Shown piece by piece: positions 1 to 13,100 of a stretch of 64,000 bases of DNA. The position numbers and the translations under genes were made by a program. The DNA comes from Eledone cirrhosa (lineage: Eukaryota). The stretch covers positions 408,952,001 through 409,016,000 of the forward strand of contig OZ024740.1 in assembly GCA_964016885.1 (NCBI GenBank), in the 5' to 3' direction. Below the pieces are notes generated by a model. The model saw only the letters and a list, made by a program, of their open reading frames with translations, searched no databases and was not told the DNA's origin. Numbering within the stretch: position 1 is the first letter of the stretch; each line of letters opens with the position of its first letter.

Positions 1-2829
1 CTGTCCAAGAATGTCATACCTTTCACCTGTCACTAAGCATCTAACCAGAGTCTGTCCAAAAATGTCATCCCTTTCACCTGTCATTAAGCCTCTACCCAGA
101 GTCTGTTCAAGAATGTCATCCCTTTCACCTGCCACTAAGCCTCTACCCTGAGTCTATCCAAGAATGTCATCCCTTTTACCTGTCACTAAACCTCTACCCA
201 GAGTCTGTCCAAGAATGTCATCCCTTTCACCTGTCACTAAGTCTCTACCCAGAGTCTGTCCAAGAATGTTATCCCTTTCACCTGTCACTAAGTCTCTACC
301 CAGAGTCTGTCCAAGAATGTCATCCCTTTTACCTGTCACTAAACCTCTACCCAGAGTCTGTCCAAGAATGTCATCCCTTTCACCTGTCACTAAGTCTCTA
401 CCCAGAGTCTGTCCAAGAATGTTATCCCTTTCACCTGTCACTAAGTCTCTACCCAGAGTCTGTCCAAGAATGTCATCCCTTTCACCTGCCACTAAGCCTT
501 TACCCAGAGTCTGTCCAAGAATGTCATCCCTTTCACCTGTCATTAAGCCTCTACCCAGAGTCTGTCCAAGAATGTCATCCCTTTCACCTGTCACTAAGCC
601 TCTAACCAGAGTCTGTCCAAGAATGTCATCCCTTTCACCTGCCACTAAGCCTCTAGCCAGAGTCTGTCCAAGAATGTCATCCCTTTACCCTGCCACTAAG
701 CCTCAACCCAGAGTCTGCCCAAGAATGTCATCCCTTTCACCTGCCACTAAGCCTCTACCCAGAGTCTGTCCAAGAAAGTCATCCCTTTCACCTGTCACTA
801 AGCCTCTACCCAGAGTCTGCCGAAGAATGTCATCCCTTTCACCTGCCACTAAGCCTCTACCCAGAGTCTGTCCAAGAATGTCATCCCTTTCACCTGTCAC
901 TAAGCCTCTACCCAGAGTCTGTCCAAGAAAGTCATCCCTTTCACGTATCACTAAGCCTCTAACCAGAGTCTGTCCAAGAATGTCATCCCTTTCACCTGTC
1001 ACTAAGCCTCTACCCAGAGTCTGTCCAAGAATGTCATCCCTTTCCCCTGCCACTAAGCCTCTACCCAGAGTCTGTCTATGAATGTCATCCCTTTCACCTG
1101 TCACTAAGCCTCTAACCAGAGTCTGTCCAAGAATGTCATCCCTTTCACCTGCCACTAAGCCTCTATCTAGAGTCTGTCCAAGAAAGTCATCCCTTTCACC
1201 TGTCACTAAGCCTCTACCCAGAGTCTGTCCAAGAATGTCATACCTTTCACCTGTCACTAAGCCTCTACCCAGAGTCTGCCCAAGAATGTCATCCCTTTGA
1301 CCTGTCACTAAGCCTCTACCCAGAGTCTGTCCAAGAATGTCATCCCTTTCACCTGTCATTAAGCCTCTACCCAGAGTCTGTCCAAGAATGTCATCCCTTT
1401 CACTTGTCACTAAGTCTCTACCCAGAGTCTGTCCAAGAATGTCATCCCTTTCACCTGCCACGAAGCCTCTGCCCAGAGTCTGTCCAAGAATGTCATCCCT
1501 TTCACCTGTCACTAAGTCTCTACCCAGAGTCTGTCCAAGAATGTCATCCCTTTCACCTGCCACTAAGCCTCTACCCAGAGTCTGTCCAAGAATGTCATCC
1601 CTTTCACCTGTCATTAAGCCTCTACCCAGAGTCTGTCCAAGAATGTCATCCCTTTCACCTGCCACTAAGCCTCTACCCAGAGTCTGTCCAAGAATGTCAT
1701 CCCTTTCACCTGTCACTAAGCCTCTACCCAGAGTCTGTCCAAGAATGTCATCCCTTTCACCTGTCCCTAAGTCTCTACCTAGAGTCTGTCCAAGAATGTC
1801 ATCCCTTTCACCTGTCACTGAGCCTCTACCCAGAGTCTGTCCAAGAATGTCATCCCTTTCACCTGCCACTAAGCCTCTAGCCAGAGTCTGTCCAAGAATG
1901 TCATCCCTTTACCCTGCCACTAAGCCTCTACCCAGAGTCTGCCCAAGAATGTCATCCCTTTCACATGCCACTAAGCCTCTACCCAGAGTCTGTCCAAGAA
2001 AGTCATCCCTTTCACCTGTCACTAAGCCTCTACCCAGAGTCTGCCGAAGAATGTCATCCCTTTCACCTGCCACTAAGCCTCTACCCAGAGTCTGTCCAAG
2101 AATGTCATCCCTTTCACCTGTCACTAAGCGTCTACCCAGAGTCTGCCCAAGAATGTCATCCCTTTCACTTGTCACTAAGCCTCTACCCAGAGTCTGCCCA
2201 AGAATGTCATCCCTTTCACCTGTCACTAAGCCTCTACCCAGAGTCTGTCCAAGAATGTCATACCTTTCACCTGTCACTAAGCATCTAACCAGAGCCTGTC
2301 CAAAAATGTCATCCCTTTCACCTGTCATTAAGCCTCTACCCAGAGTCTGTCCAAGAATGTCATCCCTTTCACCTGCCACTAAGCCTCTACCCTGAGTCTA
2401 TCCAAGAATGTCATCCCTTTTACCTGTCACTAAACCTCTACCCAGAGTCTGTCCAAGAATGTCATCCCTTTCACCTGTCACTAAGTCTCTACCCAGAGTC
2501 TGTCCAAGAATGTTATCCCTTTCACCTGTCACTAAGTCTCTACCCAGAGTCTGTCCAAGAATGTCATCCCTTTCACCTGCCACTAAGCCTTTACCCAGAG
2601 TCTGTCCAAGAATGTCATCCCTTTCACCTGTCATTAAGCCTCTACCCAGAGTCTGTCCAAGAATGTCATCCCTTTCACCTGTCACTAAGCCTCTAACCAG
2701 AGTCTGTCCAAGAATGTCATCCCTTTCACCTGCCACTAAGCCTCTAGCCAGAGTCTGTCCAAGAATGTCATCCCTTTACCCTGCCACTAAGCCTCAACCC
2801 AGAGTCTGCCCAAGAATGTCATCCCTTTC

Positions 2830-5800
2830 ACCTGCCACTAAGCCTCTACCCAGAGTCTGTCCAAGAAAGTCATCCCTTTCACCTGTCACTAAGCCTCTAC
2901 CCAGAGTCTGCCGAAGAATGTCATCCCTTTCCCCTGCCACTAAGCCTCTACCCAGAGTCTGTCCAAGAATGTCATCCCTTTCACCTGTCACTAAGCCTCT
3001 ACCCAGAGTCTGTCCAAGAAAGTCATCCCTTTCACCTATCACTAAGCCTCTAACCAGAGTCTGTCCAAGAATGTCATCCCTTTCACCTGTCACTAAGCCT
3101 CTACCCAGAGTCTGTCCAAGAATGTCATCCCTTTCCCCTGCCACTAAGCCTCTACCCAGAGTCTGTCTATGAATGTCATCCCTTTCACCTGTCACTAAGC
3201 CTCTACCCAGAGTCTGTCCAAGAATGTCATCCCTTTCAACTGCCACTAAGCCTCTATCTAGAGTCTGTCCAAGAAAGTCATCCCTTTCACCTGTCACTAA
3301 GCCTCTACCCAGAGTCTGTCCAAGAATGTCATCCCTTTCACCTGTCATTAAGCCTCTACCCAGAGTCTGTCCAAGAATGTCATCCCTTTCACTTGTCACT
3401 AAGTCTCTACCCAGAGTCTGTCCAAGAATGTCATCCCTTTCACCTGCCACGAAGCCTCTGCCCAGAGTCTGTCCAAGAATGTCATCCCTTTCACCTGTCA
3501 CTAAGTCTCTACCCAGAGTCTGTCCAAGAATGTCATCCCTTTCACCTGCCACTAAGCCTCTACCCAGAGTCTGTCCAAGAATGTCATCCCTTTCACCTGT
3601 CATTAAGCCTCTACCCAGAGTCTGTCCAAGAATGTCATCCCTTTCACCTGCCACTAAGCCTCTACCCAGAGTCTGTCCAAGAATGTCATCCCTTTCACCT
3701 GTCACTAAGCCTCTACCCAGAGTCTGTCCAAGAATGTCATCCCTTTCACCTGTCCCTAAGTCTCTACCTAGAGTCTGTCCAAGAATGTCATCCCTTTCAC
3801 CTGTTACTGAGCCTCTACCCAGAGTCTGTCCAAGAATGTCATCCCTTTCACCTGTCACTAAGCCTCTACCCTGAGTCTGCTCAAGAATGTCATCCCTTTC
3901 ACCTGTCACTAAGTCTCTACCCAGAGTTTGTCCAAGAATGTCATCCCTTTCACCTGTCACTAAGCGTCTACCCAGAGTCTGTCCAAGAATGTCATCCCTT
4001 TCACCTGTCATTAAGCCTCTACCCAGAGTCTGTCCAAGAATGTCATCCCTTTCACCTGTCACTAAGCCTCTACCCTGTGTCTGCTCAAGAATGTCATCCC
4101 TTTCACCTGTCACTAAGTCTCTACCCAGAGTTTGTCCAAGAATGTCATCCCTTTCACCTGTCACTAAGCCTCTACCCAGAGTCTGTCCGAGAATGTCATC
4201 CCTTTCACCTGTCACTAAGCCTCTACACTGAGTCTGCTCAAGAATGTCATCCCTTTCACCTGTCACTAAGTCTCTACCCAGAGTTTGTCCAAGAATGTCA
4301 TCCCTTTCACCTGTCACTAAGCGTCTACCCAGAGTCTGTCCAAGAATGTCATCCCTTTCACCTGTCATTAAGTCTCTACCCAGAGTCTGTCCAAGAATGT
4401 CATCCCTTTCACCTGTCACTAAGCCTCTACCCTGAGTCTGCTCAAGAATGTCATCCCTTTCACCTGTCACTAAGTCTCTACCCAGAGTTTGTCCAAGAAT
4501 GTCATCCCTTTCACCTGTCACTAAGCATCTAACCAGAGTCTGTCCAAGAATGTCATCCCTTTCACCTGTCATTAAGCCTCTACCCAGAGTCTGTCCAAGA
4601 ATGTCATCCCTTTCACCTGCCACTAAGCCTCTACCCTGAGTCTATCCAAGAATGTCATCCTTTTCACCTGTCACTAAGCCTCTACCCAGAGTCTGTCCAA
4701 GAATGTCATCCCTTTCACCTGCCACTAAGCCTCTACCCAGAGTCTGTCCAAGAAAGTCATCCCTTTCACCTGTCACTAAGCCTCTACCCAGAGTCTGCCG
4801 AAGAATGTCATCCCTTTCCCCTGCCACTAAGCCTCTACCCAGAGTCTGTCCAAGAATGTCATCCCTTTCACCTGTCACTAAGCCTCTACCCAGAGTCTGT
4901 CCAAGAAAGTCATCCCTTTCACCTATCACTAAGCCTCTAACCAGAGTCTGTCCAAGAATGTCATCCCTTTCACCTGTCACTAAGCCTCTACCCAGAGTCT
5001 GTCCAAGAAGGTCATCCCTTTCCCCTGCCACTAAGCCTCTACCCAGAGTCTGTCTATGAATGTCATCCCTTTCACCTGTCACTAAGCCTCTACCCAGAGT
5101 CTGTCCAAGAATGTCATCCCTTTCAACTGCCACTAAGCCTCTATCTAGAGTCTGTCCAAGAAAGTCATCCCTTTCACCTGTCACTAAGCCTCTACCCAGA
5201 GTCTGTCCAAGAATGTCATCCCTTTCACCTGTCATTAAGCCTCTACCCAGAGTCTGTCCAAGAATGTCATCCCTTTCACTTGTCACTAAGTCTCTACCCA
5301 GAGTCTGTTCAAGAATGTCATCCCTTTCACCTGCCACGAAGCCTCTGCCCAGAGTCTGTCCAAGAATGTCATCCCTTTCACCTGTCACTAAGTCTCTACC
5401 CAGAGTCTGTCCAAGAATGTCATCCCTTTCACCTGCCACTAAGCCTCTACCCAGAGTCTGTCCAAGAATGTCATCCCTTTCACCTGTCATTAAGCCTCTA
5501 CCCAGAGTCTGTCCAAGAATGTCATCCCTTTCACCTGCCACTAAGCCTCTACCCAGAGTCTGTCCAAGAATGTCATCCCTTTCACCTGTCACTAAGCCTC
5601 TACCCAGAGTCTGTCCAAGAATGTCATCCCTTTCACCTGTCCCTAAGTCTCTACCTAGAGTCTGTCCAAGAATGTCATCCCTTTCACCTGTCACTGAGCC
5701 TCTACCCAGAGTCTGTCCAAGAATGTCATCCCTTTCACCTGTCACTAAGCCTCTACCCTGAGTCTGCTCAAGAATGTCATCCCTTTCACCTGTCACTAAG

Positions 5801-6527
5801 TCTCTACCCAGAGTTTGTCCAAGAATGTCATCCCTTTCACCTGTCACTAAGCGTCTACCCAGAGTCTGTCCAAGAATGTCATCCCTTTCACCTGTCATTA
5901 AGCCTCTACCCAGAGTCTGTCCAAGAATGTCATCCCTTTCACCTGTCACTAAGCCTCTACCCTGTGTCTGCTCAAGAATGTCATCCCTTTCACCTGTCAC
6001 TAAGTCTCTACCCAGAGTTTGTCCAAGAATGTCATCCCTTTCACCTGTCACTAAGCCTCTACCCAGAGTCTGTCCGAGAATGTCATCCCTTTCACCTGTC
6101 ACTAAGCCTCTACACTGAGTCTGCTCAAGAATGTCATCCCTTTCACCTGTCACTAAGTCTCTACCCAGAGTTTGTCCAAGAATGTCATCCCTTTCACCTG
6201 TCACTAAGCGTCTACCCAGAGTCTGTCCAAGAATGTCATCCCTTTCACCTGTCATTAAGTCTCTACCCAGAGTCTGTCCAAGAATGTCATCCCTTTCACC
6301 TGTCACTAAGCCTCTACCCTGAGTCTGCTCAAGAATGTCATCCCTTTCACCTGTCACTAAGTCTCTACCCAGAGTTTGTCCAAGAATGTCATCCCTTTCA
6401 CCTGTCACTAAGCATCTAACCAGAGTCTGTCCAAGAATGTCATCCCTTTCACCTGTCATTAAGCCTCTACCCAGAGTCTGTCCAAGAATGTCATCCCTTT
6501 CACCTGCCACTAAGCCTCTACCCTGAG
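2830..6527. repeat. 37-monomer (1,887-bp) higher-order duplication within the array (approximate ends)
   Basis: The same ordered series of variant monomers recurs at offset 1887 = 37x51 (ORF starts 3173/5060, 3887/5774, 4244/6131, 4448/6335). Confidence 0.85.
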
Positions 6528-9500
6528 TCTATCCAAGAATGTCATCCTTTTCACCTGTCACTAAGCCTCTACCCAGAGTCTGTCCAAGAATGTCATCCCT
6601 TTCACCTGTCACTAAGTCTCTACCCAGAGTCTGTCCAAGAATGTTATCCCTTTCACCTGTCACTAAGTCTCTACCCAGAGTCTGTCCAAGAATGTCATCC
6701 CTTTCACCTGCCACTAAGCCTCTACCCAGAGTCTGTCCAAGAATGTCATCCCTTTCACCTGCCACTAAGCCTCTACCCAGAGTCTGTCCAAGAATGTCAT
6801 CCCTTTCACCTGTCATTAAGCCTCTACCCAGAGTCTGTCCAAGAATGTCATCCCTTTCACCTGCCACTAAGCCTCTACGCAGAGTCTGTCCAAGAATGTT
6901 ATCCCTTTCACCTGTCACTAAGTCTCTACCCAGAGTCTGTCCAAGAATGTCATCCCTTTCACCTGTCACTAAGCCTCTACCCTGTGTCTGCTCAAGAATG
7001 TCATCCCTTTCACCTGCCACTAAGCCTCTACCCAGAGTCTGTCCAAGAATGTCATCCCTTTCACCTGCCACTAAGCCTCTACCCAGAGTCTGTCCAAGAA
7101 TGTCATCCCTTTCACCTGCCACTAAGCGTCTACCCAGAGTCTGTCCAAGAATGTCATCCCTTTCACCTGTCATTAAGCCTCTACCCAGAGTCTGTCCAAG
7201 AATGTCATCCCTTTCACCTGTCACTAAGCCTCTACCCTGTGTCTGCTCAAGAATGTCATCCCTTTCACCTGTCACTAAGTCTCTACCCAGAGTTTGTCCA
7301 AGAATGTCATCCCTTTCACCTGTCACTAAGCCTCTACCCAGAGTCTGTCCGAGAATGTCATCCCTTTCACCTGTCACTAAGCCTCTACACTGAGTCTGCT
7401 CAAGAATGTCATCCCTTTCACCTGTCACTAAGTCTCTACCCAGAGTTTGTCCAAGAATGTCATCCCTTTCACCTGTCACTAAGCGTCTACCCAGAGTCTG
7501 TCCAAGAATGTCATCCCTTTCACCTGTCATTAAGTCTCTACCCAGAGTCTGTCCAAGAATGTCATCCCTTTCACCTGTCACTAAGCCTCTACCCTGAGTC
7601 TGCTCAAGAATGTCATCCCTTTCACCTGTCACTAAGTCTCTACCCAGAGTTTGTCCAAGAATGTCATCCCTTTCACCTGTCACTAAGCATCTAACCAGAG
7701 TCTGTCCAAGAATGTCATCCCTTTCACCTGTCATTAAGCCTCTACCCAGAGTCTGTCCAAGAATGTCATCCCTTTCACCTGCCACTAAGCCTCTACCCTG
7801 AGTCTATCCAAGAATGTCATCCTTTTCACCTGTCACTAAGCCTCTACCCAGAGTCTGTCCAAGAATGTCATCCCTTTCACCTGCCACTAAGCCTCTACCC
7901 AGAGTCTGTCCAAGAAAGTCATCCCTTTCACCTGTCACTAAGCCTCTACCCAGAGTCTGCCGAAGAATGTCATCCCTTTCCCCTGCCACTAAGCCTCTAC
8001 CCAGAGTCTGTCCAAGAATGTCATCCCTTTCACCTGTCACTAAGCCTCTACCCAGAGTCTGTCCAAGAAAGTCATCCCTTTCACCTATCACTAAGCCTCT
8101 AACCAGAGTCTGTCCAAGAATGTCATCCCTTTCACCTGTCACTAAGCCTCTACCCAGAGTCTGTCCAAGAAGGTCATCCCTTTCCCCTGCCACTAAGCCT
8201 CTACCCAGAGTCTGTCTATGAATGTCATCCCTTTCACCTGTCACTAAGCCTCTACCCAGAGTCTGTCCAAGAATGTCATCCCTTTCAACTGCCACTAAGC
8301 CTCTATCTAGAGTCTGTCCAAGAAAGTCATCCCTTTCACCTGTCACTAAGCCTCTACCCAGAGTCTGTCCAAGAATGTCATCCCTTTCACCTGTCATTAA
8401 GCCTCTACCCAGAGTCTGTCCAAGAATGTCATCCCTTTCACTTGTCACTAAGTCTCTACCCAGAGTCTGTTCAAGAATGTCATCCCTTTCACCTGCCACG
8501 AAGCCTCTGCCCAGAGTCTGTCCAAGAATGTCATCCCTTTCACCTGTCACTAAGTCTCTACCCAGAGTCTGTCCAAGAATGTCATCCCTTTCACCTGCCA
8601 CTAAGCCTCTACCCAGAGTCTGTCCAAGAATGTCATCCCTTTCACCTGTCATTAAGCCTCTACCCAGAGTCTGTCCAAGAATGTCATCCCTTTCACCTGC
8701 CACTAAGCCTCTACCCAGAGTCTGTCCAAGAATGTCATCCCTTTCACCTGTCACTAAGCCTCTACCCAGAGTCTGTCCAAGAATGTCATCCCTTTCACCT
8801 GTCCCTAAGTCTCTACCTAGAGTCTGTCCAAGAATGTCATCCCTTTCACCTGTCACTGAGCCTCTACCCAGAGTCTGTCCAAGAATGTCATCCCTTTCAC
8901 CTGTCACTAAGCCTCTACCCTGAGTCTGCTCAAGAATGTCATCCCTTTCACCTGTCACTAAGTCTCTACCCAGAGTTTGTCCAAGAATGTCATCCCTTTC
9001 ACCTGTCACTAAGCGTCTACCCAGAGTCTGTCCAAGAATGTCATCCCTTTCACCTGTCATTAAGCCTCTACCCAGAGTCTGTCCAAGAATGTCATCCCTT
9101 TCACCTGTCACTAAGCCTCTACCCTGTGTCTGCTCAAGAATGTCATCCCTTTCACCTGTCACTAAGTCTCTACCCAGAGTTTGTCCAAGAATGTCATCCC
9201 TTTCACCTGTCACTAAGCCTCTACCCAGAGTCTGTCCGAGAATGTCATCCCTTTCACCTGTCACTAAGCCTCTACACTGAGTCTGCTCAAGAATGTCATC
9301 CCTTTCACCTGTCACTAAGTCTCTACCCAGAGTTTGTCCAAGAATGTCATCCCTTTCACCTGTCACTAAGCGTCTACCCAGAGTCTGTCCAAGAATGTCA
9401 TCCCTTTCACCTGTCATTAAGTCTCTACCCAGAGTCTGTCCAAGAATGTCATCCCTTTCACCTGTCACTAAGCCTCTACCCTGAGTCTGCTCAAGAATGT

Positions 9501-10110
9501 CATCCCTTTCACCTGTCACTAAGTCTCTACCCAGAGTTTGTCCAAGAATGTCATCCCTTTCACCTGTCACTAAGCATCTAACCAGAGTCTGTCCAAGAAT
9601 GTCATCCCTTTCACCTGTCATTAAGCCTCTACCCAGAGTCTGTCCAAGAATGTCATCCCTTTCACCTGCCACTAAGCCTCTACCCTGAGTCTATCCAAGA
9701 ATGTCATCCTTTTCACCTGTCACTAAGCCTCTACCCAGAGTCTGTCCAAGAATGTCATCCCTTTCACCTGTCACTAAGTCTCTACCCAGAGTCTGTCCAA
9801 GAATGTTATCCCTTTCACCTGTCACTAAGTCTCTACCCAGAGTCTGTCCAAGAATGTCATCCCTTTCACCTGCCACTAAGCCTCTACCCAGAGTCTGTCC
9901 AAGAATGTCATCCCTTTCACCTGCCACTAAGCCTCTACCCAGAGTCTGTCCAAGAATGTCATCCCTTTCACCTGTCATTAAGCCTCTACCCAGAGTCTGT
10001 CCAAGAATGTCATCCCTTTCACCTGCCACTAAGCCTCTACGCAGAGTCTGTCCAAGAATGTTATCCCTTTCACCTGTCACTAAGTCTCTACCCAGAGTCT
10101 GTCCAAGAAT
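3960..10110. repeat. 62-monomer (3,162-bp) higher-order duplication (approximate ends)
   Basis: Rare variants AAGAAGGTC (~5010/8172) and GTTCAAG (~5309/8471), and identical ORFs 4642..6510 and 7804..9672, recur at offset 3162 = 62x51. Confidence 0.85.
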
Positions 10111-13100
10111 GTCATCCCTTTCACCTGCCACTAAGCCTCTACCCAGAGTCTGTCCAAGAATGTCATCCCTTTCACCTGCCACTAAGCCTGTACCCAGAGT
10201 CTGTCCAAGAATGTCATCCCTTTCACCTGCCACTAAGCCTCTACCCAGAGTCTGTCCAAGAATGTTATCCCTTTCACCTGTCACTAAGTCTCTACCCAGA
10301 GTCTGTCCAAGAATGTCATCCCTTTCACCTGCCACTAAGCCTTTATCCAGAGTCTGTCCAAGAATGTCATCCCTTTCACCTGTCATTAAGCCTCTACCCA
10401 GAGTCTGTCCAAGAATGTCATCCCTTTCACCTGTCACTAAGCCTCTAACCAGAGTCTGTCCAAGAATGTCATCCCTTTCACCTGCCACTAAGCCTCTAGC
10501 CAGAGTCTGTCCAAGAATGTCATCCCTTTACCCTGCCACTAAGCCTCAACCCAGAGTCTGCCCAAGAATGTCATCCCTTTCACCTGCCACTAAGCCTCTA
10601 CCCAGAGTCTGTCCAAGAAAGTCATCCCTTTCACCTGTCACTAAGCCTCTACCCAGAGTCTGCCGAAGAATGTCATCCCTTTCACCTGCCACTAAGCCTC
10701 TACCCAGAGTCTGTCCAAGAATGTCATCCCTTTCACCTGTCACTAAGCCTCTACCCAGAGTCTGTCCAAGAAAGTCATCCCTTTCACCTATCACTAAGCC
10801 TCTAACCAGAGTCTGTCCAAGAATGTCATCCCTTTCACCTGTCACTAAGCCTCTACCCAGAGTCTGTCCAAGAATGTCATCCCTTTCACCTGTCCCTAAG
10901 TCTCTACCTAGAGTCTGTCCAAGAATGTCATCCCTTTCACCTGTCACTGAGCCTCTACCCAGAGTCTGTCCAAGAATGTCATCCCTTTCACCTGTCACTA
11001 AGCCTCTACCCTGAGTCTGCTCAAGAATGTCATCCCTTTCACCTGTCACTAAGTCTCTACCCAGAGTTTGTCCAAGAATGTCATCCCTTTCACCTGTCAC
11101 TAAGCGTCTACCCAGAGTCTGTCCAAGAATGTCATCCCTTTCACCTGTCATTAAGCCTCTACCCAGAGTCTGTCCAAGAATGTCATCCCTTTCACCTGTC
11201 ACTAAGCCTCTACCCTGTGTCTGCTCAAGAATGTCATCCCTTTCACCTGTCACTAAGTCTCTACCCAGAGTTTGTCCAAGAATGTCATCCCTTTCACCTG
11301 TCACTAAGCCTCTACCCAGAGTCTGTCCGAGAATGTCATCCCTTTCACCTGTCACTAAGCCTCTACACTGAGTCTGCTCAAGAATGTCATCCCTTTCACC
11401 TGTCACTAAGTCTCTACCCAGAGTTTGTCCAAGAATGTCATCCCTTTCACCTGTCACTAAGCGTCTACCCAGAGTCTGTCCAAGAATGTCATCCCTTTCA
11501 CCTGTCATTAAGTCTCTACCCAGAGTCTGTCCAAGAATGTCATCCCTTTCACCTGTCACTAAGCCTCTACCCTGAGTCTGCTCAAGAATGTCATCCCTTT
11601 CACCTGTCACTAAGTCTCTACCCAGAGTTTTTCCAAGAATGTCATCCCTTTCACCTGTCACTAAGCATCTAACCAGAGTCTGTCCAAGAATGTCATCCCT
11701 TTCACCTGTCATTAAGCCTCTACCCAGAGTCTGTCCAAGAATGTCATCCCTTTCACCTGCCACTAAGCCTCTACCCTGAGTCTATCCAAGAATGTCATCC
11801 TTTTCACCTGTCACTAAGCCTCTACCCAGAGTCTGTCCAAGAATGTCATCCCTTTCACCTGTCACTAAGTCTCTACCCAGAGTCTGTCCAAGAATGTTAT
11901 CCCTTTCACCTGTCACTAAGTCTCTACCCAGAGTCTGTCCAAGAATGTCATCCCTTTCACCTGCCACTAAGCCTCTACCCAGAGTCTGTCCAAGAATGTC
12001 ATCCCTTTCACCTGCCACTAAGCCTCTACCCAGAGTCTGTCCAAGAATGTCATCCCTTTCACCTGTCATTAAGCCTCTACCCAGAGTCTGTCCAAGAATG
12101 TCATCCCTTTCACCTGCCACTAAGCCTCTACGCAGAGTCTGTCCAAGAATGTTATGCCTTTCACCTGTCACTAAGTCTCTACCCAGAGTCTGTCCAAGAA
12201 TGTCATCCCTTTCACCTGCCACTAAGCCTCTACCCAGAGTCTGTCCAAGAATGTCATCCCTTTCACCTGCCACTAAGCCTGTACCCAGAGTCTGTCCAAG
12301 AATGTCATCCCTTTCACCTGTCATTAAGCCTCTACCCAGAGTCTGTCCAAGAATGTTATCCCTTTCACCTGTCACTAAGTCTCTACCCAGAGTCTGTCCA
12401 AGAATGTCATCCCTTTCACCTGCCACTAAGCCTTTACCCAGAGTCTGTCCAAGAATGTCATCCCTTTCACCTGTCATTAAGCCTCTACCCAGAGTCTGTC
12501 CAAGAATGTCATCCCTTTCACCTGTCACTAAGCCTCTAACCAGAGTCTGTCCAAGAATGTCATCCCTTTCACCTGCCACTAAGCCTCTAGCCAGAGTCTG
12601 TCCAAGAATGTCATCCCTTTACCCTGCCACTAAGCCTCAACCCAGAGTCTGCCCAAGAATGTCATCCCTTTCACCTGCCACTAAGCCTCTACCCAGAGTC
12701 TGTCCAAGAAAGTCATCCCTTTCACCTGTCACTAAGCCTCTACCCAGAGTCTGCCGAAGAATGTCATCCCTTTCACCTGCCACTAAGCCTCTACCCAGAG
12801 TCTGTCCAAGAATGTCATCCCTTTCACCTGTCACTAAGCCTCTACCCAGAGTCTGTCCAAGAAAGTCATCCCTTTCACCTATCACTAAGCCTCTAACCAG
12901 AGTCTGTCCAAGAATGTCATCCCTTTCACCTGTCACTAAGCCTCTACCCAGAGTCTGTCCAAGAATGTCATCCCTTTCCCCTGCCACTAAGCCTCTACCC
13001 AGAGTCTGTCTATGAATGTCATCCCTTTCACCTGTCACTAAGCCTCTACCCAGAGTCTGTCCAAGAATGTCATCCCTTTCAACTGCCACTAAGCCTCTAT